Part shown: piece by piece, positions 37,962-50,379 of the stretch
How the letters are laid out: the number at the start of each line of letters is the position of its first letter
Position numbering within the stretch: the stretch's first letter is position 1
Source: an uncultured Chloroflexia bacterium
Lineage (GTDB): Bacteria > Chloroflexota > Limnocylindria > QHBO01
NCBI GenBank assembly: GCA_963814375.1
Contig: CAWFCQ010000007.1
Location: forward strand, 160,001-224,000
Length of the DNA stretch: 64,000 nt
Direction of reading: 5' to 3'
Notes under the pieces: model-generated
Database searches by the model: none
What the model saw: only the letters and a program-made list of their open reading frames with translations
What the model was told of the DNA's origin: nothing
Program-made: the position numbers and the translations under genes

Positions 37962-38707
37962 GGCGGGCCGATGGTGACGCCCGACGCCTCCAGCGCGGCA
38001 CGAACGGCGGCGGCGATGGCCACTGCGCCCGGCGTGTCCCCGTGGCAGCAGATGCTCTCTGCTCGGAGAGTGACCTCCGATCCGTCGACGGCGGTCACCG
38101 TGCCCTCCGATGCGATGCGCGCCGCCTGCTGCGCGGCGGCGTCCGCATCGGTGATGAGCGATCCGGGTTCCGACCGAGACTGGAGCGACCCGTCGGGCAT
38201 GTAGCGGCGATCGGCGAAGGCCTCGGGCACGAAGCGCAGGCCGGCGTCGGCGGCCGCGGAAGCCATCGGCTCCGAGGACGCCAGGCCGAAGAGCGCGAGG
38301 TCACGGCTGAAGCCGGCGGTGGCGCGAGCGATCGCGGCTGCCAGCTCCGGGTCCGCCGCTGCCTGGTTGTAGAGCGCGCCGTGCGGCTTGACGTGGCGCA
38401 GCTCGACACCGGCGGCGCGGCAGAAGGCCTCCAGCGCGCCGACCTGGTACCGGACCATCGACTCCACCTCGTCAGGCGCGAAGTGCATCGGCCGTCGACC
38501 GAAGCCGAGCAGATCGGGATAGCCCGGCTGCGCTCCCACGGCAACTCCCACGCTCGCACAGAGGCGCACGGTCGCCTCCATGACCCGGAAGTCGCCGGCA
38601 TGGAAGCCGCAGGCAACGTTCGCGCTGCTGATGTGGGCCACCAGTCCCCCATCGTCGCCGAGGGTCCAGCTGCCGAAGCTCTCGCCGAGATCAGCGTTGA
38701 GGTCCAT
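37958..38707 (-). CDS. pxpA: 5-oxoprolinase subunit A (LamB/YcsF)
   Basis: MDLNADLGESFG, SSANVACGFHAGD, HVKPHGALYN, EAFADRRY, CCHGDTPGA. Confidence 0.95.
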   Translation of the reverse strand: MDLNADLGESFGSWTLGDDGGLVAHISSANVACGFHAGDFRVMEATVRLCASVGVAVGAQPGYPDLLGFGRRPMHFAPDEVESMVRYQVGALEAFCRAAGVELRHVKPHGALYNQAAADPELAAAIARATAGFSRDLALFGLASSEPMASAAADAGLRFVPEAFADRRYMPDGSLQSRSEPGSLITDADAAAQQAARIASEGTVTAVDGSEVTLRAESICCHGDTPGAVAIAAAVRAALEASGVTIGPP

Positions 38708-38755
38708 CGGCGCCATCGTACGGCCGGCGATTGCCGGGGGGCGTAGGATCGAGCC

Positions 38756-39328
38756 ATGTCGGAGCCCACCTCGACCGAGCAGCCGAACGAGCCGGCCGGG
38801 ACGTCAGCGCTGGGGCTTGGCGCGGCGCTCGTCGTCGTGGGGCTGCTGCTCTTCGCCGGACAGGTCGCCGGCTTCGGGGTCGACGACCTCGGTTGGCCGC
38901 TGATCGTCATCGGCGTCGGGATCGTGATCCTGGTGCTGGGATTGTTCGTGACCAACGAGCAGGGCATGGTCATCGGCGGAACGATCGCGACCACGGTTGG
39001 CCTTGTGCTCCTCTACCAGAACGAGACGGGGCGATGGGAGAGCTGGGCGTATGCATGGGCTCTCGTCGGACCTGCCGCCAGCGGGCTCGGACTGGCGCTG
39101 TGGGGGGTGCGCACCGGCAATGGCGGCGACGTCCGCAACGGCACCTGGGGCCTGCTCGGCGGCCTCGGCATCTTCATCGTCGGCTTCCTCTTCTTCGAGG
39201 GGGTGATCGGCATCAGTGGTGAGCCCTTCCCGCTGCCGGAATGGCTGCTGCCGGCGGTGGTGATCGCGATCGGCGTGGTGCTGCTGGCTCGCGGGCTGCT
39301 CGAGCGCAGGGAACCCGAAGCAGGCTGA
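38756..39328 (+). CDS. Hypothetical membrane protein (LiaF/DUF5668-like)
   Basis: About 6 TMs with WPLIVIGVG and WESWAYAWAL motifs; leaderless TAGGAT promoter. Confidence 0.7.
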   Translation: MSEPTSTEQPNEPAGTSALGLGAALVVVGLLLFAGQVAGFGVDDLGWPLIVIGVGIVILVLGLFVTNEQGMVIGGTIATTVGLVLLYQNETGRWESWAYAWALVGPAASGLGLALWGVRTGNGGDVRNGTWGLLGGLGIFIVGFLFFEGVIGISGEPFPLPEWLLPAVVIAIGVVLLARGLLERREPEAG

Positions 39329-39388
39329 CGTCGCGGTAGCGACCAGATGTGGGCGAGGGTGTGGCACGCACCGTATCCTTGAGCGGAC

Positions 39389-43021
<3,633 letters not shown>

Positions 43022-43044
43022 TGGCGGCTTCCTATACTCGCGGC

Positions 43045-44079
43045 GTGACCACCCCTCTTCTCGAGCGATATGGCGTGCTGCTGGCCGGGGACGGCGAAAC
43101 CTTCCCGATCACGCTCGGGGAGGGCGACACGCCTCTCGTCCACGCGCGGAGGCTTGGCGCGGAGCTCGGGCTCGCCAATCTGCACCTCAAGTTCGAGGGC
43201 ACCAACCCGACTGGCTCGTTCAAGGACCGCGGCATGGTGCTGGCGGTGAACCGGGCGGTGGCCAGCGGAGCGCGGGCCATCGTGTGCGCCTCCACCGGCA
43301 ACACCTCAGCCTCGGCGGCGGCGTATGCGGCCGCGGCCGGCCTCCCCTGCCACGTCATCCTGCCCGCCGGCAAGGTCGCGCGCGGAAAGCTGGCGCAGGC
43401 GCTCGCCGCGGGCGCGCGACTGACGATGGTCGACGGCAACTTCGACGCGGCGCTGACCGCGGTGCGGCGGCTGGGAGAGGAGGGCGTTGCGGTCGTCGTC
43501 AACTCGATCAACCCGGATCGGCTCGAGGGGCAGCAGACCGCCGCGTGGGAGGTCGTCGACGGCCTCGGGCGCGCTCCGGACGCCCTGGCGCTCCCGGTCG
43601 GCAACGCCGGCAACATCACGGCCTACTGGCGCGGTTTCAACCGATATGACCGGGGGCGGCCCCGCATGCTCGGCTTCCAGGCGGAGGGCGCAGCCCCCAT
43701 CGTGCGCGGTGCCCCGGTCGAGTCGCCGGAGACGGTGGCAACGGCGATTCGCATCGGCAACCCGGCCTCCTGGGAGGGCGCGACCGCCGCGCGGGACGAG
43801 TCCGGCGGCCTGATCGAGGCGATCGGCGACGACGACATCCTGGAGGCGCAGCGGCTCGTGGCCCAGCTGGAGGGCATCTTCTGCGAGCCGGCGTCGGCCG
43901 CCGGAGTGGCCGGCGTGCGCCGCCTCTCCGCCGAGAAGCGAATCGGCCGGGACGAGGTCGTCGTCTGCGTGCTGACCGGCCATGGTCTGAAGGACACCGA
44001 TGCCGTCCAGGCGATGGAGGGCACGCTCACACCGATCCCGGCCGAGCTCGATGCGATTCGCGAGGCGATGGCGCTCTAG
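43045..44079 (+). CDS. thrC: Threonine synthase
   Basis: ITLGEGDTPL, NPTGSFKDRG, CASTGNTS, PVGNAGN, LTGHGLKD. TATACT -10 lies 6 nt before GTG 43045. Confidence 0.95.
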   Translation: MTTPLLERYGVLLAGDGETFPITLGEGDTPLVHARRLGAELGLANLHLKFEGTNPTGSFKDRGMVLAVNRAVASGARAIVCASTGNTSASAAAYAAAAGLPCHVILPAGKVARGKLAQALAAGARLTMVDGNFDAALTAVRRLGEEGVAVVVNSINPDRLEGQQTAAWEVVDGLGRAPDALALPVGNAGNITAYWRGFNRYDRGRPRMLGFQAEGAAPIVRGAPVESPETVATAIRIGNPASWEGATAARDESGGLIEAIGDDDILEAQRLVAQLEGIFCEPASAAGVAGVRRLSAEKRIGRDEVVVCVLTGHGLKDTDAVQAMEGTLTPIPAELDAIREAMAL

Positions 44080-44082
44080 CGG

Positions 44083-44481
44083 TCAGCGCTCGCAGCAGGC
44101 GTCGATGATGGCGCTTGCGAACTCTTCCGGCGCAGCGCTCTTGCTGACGTAGGTCCTCGACACGCCATCGATCAGCGAGTGACCCTCGGCGTCGCTCCAG
44201 CCGGTGAGAATGATGCGCAGCGACGGCCTCGCGCGGCTTAGCCCGGTGACGAGGGCCAGTCCCGCCTCGATGTCGGGCAAGCGTGGGTCGACGAGGACGA
44301 CGTCGGGGCTGACGCGGTCGACCTCCTCCAACGCGGCACGCACGTCGCCGGCGCGACCGACGACGTCCACCTCACCGGCCACGCCGAGGAGGTCCGCGAG
44401 GCTCTGCTGAACGCGGCGATCGGCATCGACGATCACCACCCTCGGGGGTGAGGGCACAACGTGACGCGCGGTTGCCGGCAT
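44083..44481 (-). CDS. Stand-alone response regulator receiver domain
   Basis: VVIVDAD, PDVVLVDPRLPD (phospho-Asp), ILTG, YVSKS. Confidence 0.85.
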   Translation of the reverse strand: MPATARHVVPSPPRVVIVDADRRVQQSLADLLGVAGEVDVVGRAGDVRAALEEVDRVSPDVVLVDPRLPDIEAGLALVTGLSRARPSLRIILTGWSDAEGHSLIDGVSRTYVSKSAAPEEFASAIIDACCER

Positions 44482-44540
44482 GCGAAGAGGATATGACGCG
44501 CGCCGGCCCGGTCGCGACGGCGCGATGGCGCAGCGGCGGC

Positions 44541-44556
44541 TACGTCATTCGGCCGA
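44541..44556. promoter_or_regulatory. Operator-like box TACGTCATTCGGCCGA (copy 1 of 4)
   Basis: Same core recurs at 49722, 51634 (reverse) and 57084 (reverse, one mismatch); lies upstream of the receiver gene. Confidence 0.55.
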
Positions 44557-47500
44557 GCCGTCGGCCGGCACGGCCGCCTCGATCGTCGTCCCCTCGCCCG
44601 CCTCGCTCTCGACGCGCAGCTCCCCGCCGACGAGGTCCACCCGCTGGCGCATGCCGATCAGGCCGAGGTGGCCGCGCGGCACGTCCTCCGGCTCGAATCC
44701 CGCGCCATCGTCGATCACCGAGAGGAGCACGCGGTCGCCGTCGCGCCAGATCTTGATCGTCGCGTTCGACGCGTTGGCGTGCTTGACCACGTTGTGGAGC
44801 GCCTCCTGGCCGATGCGGTACAGGGCCTCCTCGGCCGCGAGCGGCAGCCGGTCGATCGGCTCGGCGTCGATCACGATCACCAGGCCCGTTCGGCGCTGGA
44901 CCGCGGTGGCGTGGGTGCGCAGCGCCTGGACCAGGCCGTCGGACTCGAGCGAGGACGGCCGCAGCTCGAAGATGAGCGTGCGCATCTCCGCCAGCGCGTC
45001 CTTCTGGAGCTCCCGCAGCTCGACCAGCTTCCCCCGGGCGGCCTCGTCGTCGGTGCCGAGCAGGAGCTCGAGCGTGCGCAGCGTGAGCCCCATGCTGAAC
45101 AGCGCCTGGGTGACGGAGTCGTGGAGCTCGCGTGCCAGGTGCGCGCGCTCCTGGCTGGCGGCCAGCTCGGCCGCCTGGCTGCGGAGGTCGCCCTCGAGTC
45201 GCTCGCGTTCGCTGATATCGCGGACCGAGCCGTGCGCGCCGGCGAATCGACCGTCGGCAACGGTCCCGGTCATCGCCACCTCGGTCTGGGCAACGCGACC
45301 GTCGGGAAGCGGCAGGTCGAGACGGACGCGCTGCTCGCGGTTGGGATTGGTCTGCAGGGCTTCCCACGCCTCCGCCGCCGCAGCCAGCGTCGACTCGCCG
45401 GCGAGGGCGGTAAACGGCTGTCCCAGCAGCTGCTGAGGCCGCCAGCCGGTGCGCGACTCGAGGGAATCGGAGAAGAAGGTGAAGCGGCCATCGGCGTCGA
45501 CGCTCCACACGATGTCCGGCGAGTTGTCGACGAGATGCCGGTATCGGCGCTCGGACTCCTCGACCTCGGCGTAGAGGCGGGCGTTGGTGAGCGCGATGGC
45601 CGCCTGGTCGGCGAGGAGGCTGAGCAGCTCGGCGTCATCGGCGCCGAACGCGTTCGGCTCCTGTGCCTGGATCGTGATCGTACCGATGAGCCGGTCGGGC
45701 CCGAGCAGTGGCGCCGACATCATCGAATGGATCTCCTGCGCCTCGATGCGCGCGTCGCCCTCGTCGTGCGGGAACCCCTCGTCCGACAGGTAGTCGCCGG
45801 TCCAGCGCACGCGGCGCTCGGCGGCTGCCATGCCGGCGATGCCGGACCCGATCGGGACGGTCACGTCATCGGGCGAGGGTGGGATCGGGGCCGCGGCGAT
45901 CGGACGATCGAGCCGCTGGGAGTCGTCCGCAAGCAGGTTGACCTGGGCACGGTCGGCGCGCAGGAGGCGAGCGGCGTCGGCGACGGCGCGCTGGATGACC
46001 GTCATCGGATCGTGGAGCCCGGCGATCTGGGCGGCGATCTCGGCGAGCGACCGCTGCGCGTCCACGCGCCCGCGCAGCTGCTCGACGAGGCGAGCGTTGG
46101 TGATCGCCACCGCGGCCTGGGTGGCGAACAGCTGCACCAGCTCGAAGTCCGCCTCGCTGAATGCGACCTCGGTGCCACCCGAGCGGCTGATGTTCATGGC
46201 CCCGACCACGTCGTCGCCGGAGATGAGCGGCACGACGATGATGGCCTCCTCCTCGACCGGCGTGTTCGGGATCTGGAGGAGCCGTGGATCGCCGAGGGCC
46301 TGGTCGAGCATGGCCGGCTCGCGGTGCTCGATCGTCCACCACGCCAGTCCGCTGCCGCGCGGCACCGGGAAGCCGAGCACGGCGTCGGCATTCCGATCGC
46401 GGGCGAGGATCGGCTGGAGGAACTGTTCGGAGTCGTCCATCCGGTAGATGCTGAGGTTGTCGTACCACACGACGCTCTTGAGACCGTCGGCGATGAGCTC
46501 CAGCACGCTCGCCGGCTCGAGGGTCGACAGCAGCCGGCGGTTGATCTGGAGGAGGCGGCGCTGGGAGTCGGTCTGGCGCTCCAGCGCCGCGGACTCCTCT
46601 CCCAGCTGCTCGTAGAGGCGCGCGTTGGTGACGGCGATGGCGGCCTGGCTGGCGAGCACCTCGAGCAGCTCCGCGTCCGAAGGATCGAACGCGTCGCGCG
46701 CCTGCGAGTGGACGGTCAGCGAGCCGATGGCACCCTCGTCGCCGATGATCGGCGCGCTCATCACCGAGCGTATGCCGTGCTGACGGATGTACCGGTCCGG
46801 AGCCTCGGCGTGGATGAAGCCCTCATCGGTGAGGTAGTCGCCGGTCCGCACCACGCGGCGCTCGTGCACGGCTCGGCCCGAGACGCCCTCGTCGGCGGCG
46901 AGCACCGCCTCGCCGGCGCCCCGCTCGATGGGCAGATCGATGGCCGAATGGCCGAAGGCCCAGGTCAGCCCACCCTCCTCCTCGGAGACGAGCTCGATCC
47001 GGCCGCCGTCCGCGTCAAGCAGGCGCACCGCCTCGTCGAGCGTGCGCTGAAGGACGTCTCCGGGGTCGCGGATGGCGGTGATCCTGGCGGCGATCTCGCC
47101 CAGCGAGCGCTGCGCCTCGACCCGGCGCTCGAGCTCCTCGTACAGCCGGGCGTTGCCGAGCACGATCGCCGCCTGGCTGGCGAGAGCGCCGATGAGCTGC
47201 GAGTCGTCTTCGTCGAACGCGTCGCCACGCGACGAGTAGGCGCTGATCGCCCCGAGCGGGCCCTCCTCTCCGATGAGGGGAGCGCTCATCTGCGAGCGGT
47301 AGCCGAAACGGGTGATCCACTCGTCGGCCTTGGTCGTGTGCGGGAAGGAGGTATCGGCGAGGTAGTCGCCGGTCCAGGCCACCGTCTGCTCCGAGATGGC
47401 GCGGCCTGCGATGCCCTGGCCGATGCTGACGGTCACGTCGTCGGCGGGCGGCGTGTCGGGACCGACGTTGAAGTGCTCGCGATAGTCGGCCAGCTCCAGG

Positions 47501-49680
47501 GTCCCAGGTCGCACCTGGTGGATGATCACGTGATCGGCGTGAAGCAGTCGCTTCGCCTCGTCGATGGTGCGGGACAGCACCGCCGAAGGGTCGCGCAGCG
47601 AGGTGATCGCCGCGGCGATCTCACCCAGCGAGCGCTGTGCCTCCACCTGGTGCGCCAGCTGATCGGCGGTGACCTCGGCCTCGGCGTTGAGGCGGGCGTT
47701 GGTGAGCACGATGGAGGCCTGGTCAGCGAGGAGGCGGAGAAGCTCGCCGTCGTCGGCGTCGAAGGCGCCCGGACGCTTGGCGTAGACCCCGATGGCGCCG
47801 ATCGGCTCGCCCTCGGCGAGCAGCGGCGCCGCGATGACGGCACGGATCCCGAGACGCCTCACCTCGTCGTCCGACGGCGCATCGTGCGTGAAGGTCGTGT
47901 CGGCCAGGTAGTCGTCGGTCCACGCCGCGGCGCGTTCGCGGACCGCGCGGCCGGAGACGCCGTTGTCGACCTGGCTGTGGTCCTCCTTCCTGAACGCGAC
48001 GCGGTGCCCCCCAACCAGCGAGTGTCCGTCGCCCCAGCGCACGACGCCCTCGTCGTCGGTCATGACCATGCCGATCTGACCGCCATCGCCCTTCAGGAGC
48101 CGGGCAGCGGCGCGGAGGGTGTGGGTCAGAACCTCCGAGGGGTCGCGCAACGATGTGAGCTGCGCCGCCATCTCGGCCAGAGTGCGCTGCGCCTCGACCC
48201 GATCGGCGAGCTCGGCGGCCTGGGCGCGCAGGTCCTCCTCCAGCCGGGCGATCTCGGTGATGTCACGGTTGGTGCCGTGGGCGCCGACCATGCGGCCCTC
48301 GGAGTCCACGATGCCGGTGCCGCGGATCTCGACCGGCAGCAAGCTGCCGTCCTTGCGCGGCTCCAGGATGCGGAGCCGATAGACCATCTCGGGATGCTCC
48401 TGGAGGCCGGCGAAGGCGGCCTCGACGACCGGCATCGACTCGGGCGCGGTCGCCATCGAGACATGCTCCCCGATGAGCTCGCTCGGCCGGAACCCCGTCA
48501 GCCGCTCGACGCTGTCGCTGATGTAGGTGAACCGCGCCTCCGCGTCGACGGACCACATGATGTCGACCGACTCGTCGACGAGGAAGCGATAGCGCTCGCG
48601 TGAGCGCTTCAGCTCCTCCGTCAGGCGGGCGTTGCCGATCGCGATCGCGCCCTGGTCGGCAAGCCCCTGGAGGAGCGCCAGCTCGTCCTCACCGAACCGA
48701 TGCGGCCGCTCGAAGGAGACCGCCAGGGTGCCCATCACCTCGCCCTCCGCCGCACGCAGCGGCGCCGCCGCCATGCCACGCAGCTCGAGACGCTCGGCCA
48801 CCGACTGGTCGGCCGGCTCGTGCGGAATGCGCGGATCGACGAGGTAGTCCTCGGTGGCGATCACGGTGTTGCCTCCCGCCGCGAGGCCATTGATACCCTC
48901 GTTCAGCGGGAATTCGAGCTGCGCCAGCCAGTCCTCGGTCCAGGCCTCGTTGCCGCCGACGACCACGGTCGGCCTCAGGAACCTGCGCCCCGGAACGACC
49001 AGCGTGAGGTGCGCACCGTCCGACCCGATCAGCCGCCTGGCGGCGTCGACGACCGATCGCAGCACCTCGTCCGGGTCGCGGATCACCGCTATCCGGGCGG
49101 CGATCTCGCCCAGCGTGCGCTGCGCGTCGACGCGCTTGGCCAGCTCGGCCTGGGAGCGGGCGAGGCGATCGATGAGGCGCTGGTTGGCGATCGCTCCGGC
49201 GGCATGGTCGGCGAGCGCCTGGAGGAGCGCGAGCTCCGCCTCGTTGAAGTCATCGATCGTGGACGAGTACGCCCCGAGCGCGCCGAGCACCTCGCCCTCG
49301 GCGATCAGGGGCGCCGCGGCCATCGACCGCATGTTGGCGATGAGGACGATGCGGTCTGCGACCGCTGAATGGTCGAAGCGCTTGTCGCGCCGATAGTCGC
49401 CCGAAACCACGAGCTCGCCGGTCTCTGCCGCGTGGCCGAAGAGGCCGACGCCGATCGGCAGCACGAGGTCGCGGATGAGCTGCTGCGCCTCGGGATTGCG
49501 GATACCGGCGTCCACGGCGAAGCGCATCTGGCCGTCGTCGACGAGATAGACCATGGCGCCGTCCGCCTTCAGGAGGCGGGCCGCCTCCTCCACCGCATGC
49601 TCGAGCAGCGCCCGGGTCTCCGCCAAGTCGGAGCTGGGGAGCGACGATATCGGCTCGGATCGGGTGGGTGCGCGGGTCAT
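44545..49680 (-). CDS. Giant cytoplasmic sensor histidine kinase: about 7 GAF + 2 PAS + HisKA_3/HATPase (NarX/DesK class)
   Basis: Repeated QRSLGEIAA.I...RDP..VL linkers; PAS RYRFLVD and RYRHLVD; H-box ERAHLARELHDSVTQ; QEALHNVVKHA; DDGAGF; GLIGMRQR. Confidence 0.93.
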   Translation of the reverse strand: MTRAPTRSEPISSLPSSDLAETRALLEHAVEEAARLLKADGAMVYLVDDGQMRFAVDAGIRNPEAQQLIRDLVLPIGVGLFGHAAETGELVVSGDYRRDKRFDHSAVADRIVLIANMRSMAAAPLIAEGEVLGALGAYSSTIDDFNEAELALLQALADHAAGAIANQRLIDRLARSQAELAKRVDAQRTLGEIAARIAVIRDPDEVLRSVVDAARRLIGSDGAHLTLVVPGRRFLRPTVVVGGNEAWTEDWLAQLEFPLNEGINGLAAGGNTVIATEDYLVDPRIPHEPADQSVAERLELRGMAAAPLRAAEGEVMGTLAVSFERPHRFGEDELALLQGLADQGAIAIGNARLTEELKRSRERYRFLVDESVDIMWSVDAEARFTYISDSVERLTGFRPSELIGEHVSMATAPESMPVVEAAFAGLQEHPEMVYRLRILEPRKDGSLLPVEIRGTGIVDSEGRMVGAHGTNRDITEIARLEEDLRAQAAELADRVEAQRTLAEMAAQLTSLRDPSEVLTHTLRAAARLLKGDGGQIGMVMTDDEGVVRWGDGHSLVGGHRVAFRKEDHSQVDNGVSGRAVRERAAAWTDDYLADTTFTHDAPSDDEVRRLGIRAVIAAPLLAEGEPIGAIGVYAKRPGAFDADDGELLRLLADQASIVLTNARLNAEAEVTADQLAHQVEAQRSLGEIAAAITSLRDPSAVLSRTIDEAKRLLHADHVIIHQVRPGTLELADYREHFNVGPDTPPADDVTVSIGQGIAGRAISEQTVAWTGDYLADTSFPHTTKADEWITRFGYRSQMSAPLIGEEGPLGAISAYSSRGDAFDEDDSQLIGALASQAAIVLGNARLYEELERRVEAQRSLGEIAARITAIRDPGDVLQRTLDEAVRLLDADGGRIELVSEEEGGLTWAFGHSAIDLPIERGAGEAVLAADEGVSGRAVHERRVVRTGDYLTDEGFIHAEAPDRYIRQHGIRSVMSAPIIGDEGAIGSLTVHSQARDAFDPSDAELLEVLASQAAIAVTNARLYEQLGEESAALERQTDSQRRLLQINRRLLSTLEPASVLELIADGLKSVVWYDNLSIYRMDDSEQFLQPILARDRNADAVLGFPVPRGSGLAWWTIEHREPAMLDQALGDPRLLQIPNTPVEEEAIIVVPLISGDDVVGAMNISRSGGTEVAFSEADFELVQLFATQAAVAITNARLVEQLRGRVDAQRSLAEIAAQIAGLHDPMTVIQRAVADAARLLRADRAQVNLLADDSQRLDRPIAAAPIPPSPDDVTVPIGSGIAGMAAAERRVRWTGDYLSDEGFPHDEGDARIEAQEIHSMMSAPLLGPDRLIGTITIQAQEPNAFGADDAELLSLLADQAAIALTNARLYAEVEESERRYRHLVDNSPDIVWSVDADGRFTFFSDSLESRTGWRPQQLLGQPFTALAGESTLAAAAEAWEALQTNPNREQRVRLDLPLPDGRVAQTEVAMTGTVADGRFAGAHGSVRDISERERLEGDLRSQAAELAASQERAHLARELHDSVTQALFSMGLTLRTLELLLGTDDEAARGKLVELRELQKDALAEMRTLIFELRPSSLESDGLVQALRTHATAVQRRTGLVIVIDAEPIDRLPLAAEEALYRIGQEALHNVVKHANASNATIKIWRDGDRVLLSVIDDGAGFEPEDVPRGHLGLIGMRQRVDLVGGELRVESEAGEGTTIEAAVPADGSAE

Positions 49681-49721
49681 TGCGGTACGAGAGGATACGC
49701 CATCGGCCCCCGCGGCTGGCC

Positions 49722-49737
49722 TACGTCATTCGGCCCA
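49722..49737. promoter_or_regulatory. Operator-like box TACGTCATTCGGCC (copy 2), between the kinase and the divergent membrane gene
   Basis: Exact 14-nt match to copies 1 and 3. Confidence 0.6.
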
Positions 49738-49881
49738 TCCGGACTCGGCACGGATGCCGGGTATGGCGTCGCGCACCTGCCGGATTCGGCGCGCGTTGCG
49801 CTCCGGCGAGACTGAGGCCATCGAAATGACAGACCGATGCCGATCCACGGCGTCGCCAACGACCTGGAGGTTCACCGCACG

Positions 49882-50313
49882 ATGTCCGCGATCTTCCGCA
49901 GCCGCACCTTCGGCGCCGTCCTGACGGTCGCCATCGTCGGCCTGACCCTCGCCACCGCCTACATCCACCTCAGCCTCGGCGGCATGCTCTTCACGCTCAA
50001 CGGCCTCGGCTACCTCGGCCTCGCCGCCCTGATCGTGATCGGTGCCGCGGCGCCGATGCCGATCGTCGAGCGCTTCAGCTGGTTCCCGCGCGTCGCGCTC
50101 ATGGGCTACGCCGCGCTCACCATCGTCGGCTATCTGGTGATGGGCCCGTACTTCACCCTCGGTTTCATCGCCAAGGGCGTCGAGGTCACGCTGATCGCCC
50201 TGCTGGTGGTCGACATCTTCCGGGTCTACGGCAGCCCGATGGGCCTGGTCCGCACCGCCCTCGACTCGGTCGAGCCGATCATCCCGGATCGGTTCCGCCC
50301 GACCGCCGCCTAA
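49882..50313 (+). CDS. Small 4-TM hypothetical membrane protein
   Basis: GGAGG RBS before ATG 49882; TAYIHL..GG..FTLNGLGY, KGVE. Confidence 0.75.
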   Translation: MSAIFRSRTFGAVLTVAIVGLTLATAYIHLSLGGMLFTLNGLGYLGLAALIVIGAAAPMPIVERFSWFPRVALMGYAALTIVGYLVMGPYFTLGFIAKGVEVTLIALLVVDIFRVYGSPMGLVRTALDSVEPIIPDRFRPTAA

Positions 50314-50325
50314 CCTCTCTCCCTC

Positions 50326-50360
50326 ACGCCCCGTCCGGGTCCTCCGGGCGGGGCGTTTTC
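50326..50360 (+). terminator. Intrinsic terminator hairpin
   Basis: ACGCCCCGTCCGG-gtcct-CCGGGCGGGGCGT followed by TTT, between convergent genes. Confidence 0.8.
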
Positions 50361-50379
50361 GTGCCTGCGGGGCGCAGCC

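Noticed and set aside
39362-39377. TGGCACG as a sigma54 -24 element before kgd
   Set aside because: No GC at the -12 position; a TATCCT -10 explains the promoter.
44545-49680. Recurrent DNA repeats such as GCGAGCGCTGCGCCTCGAC and AGGTAGTCGCCGGTCC as a CRISPR or repeat array
   Set aside because: They are coding repeats of duplicated GAF domains at irregular, several-hundred-bp spacing; no cas genes.
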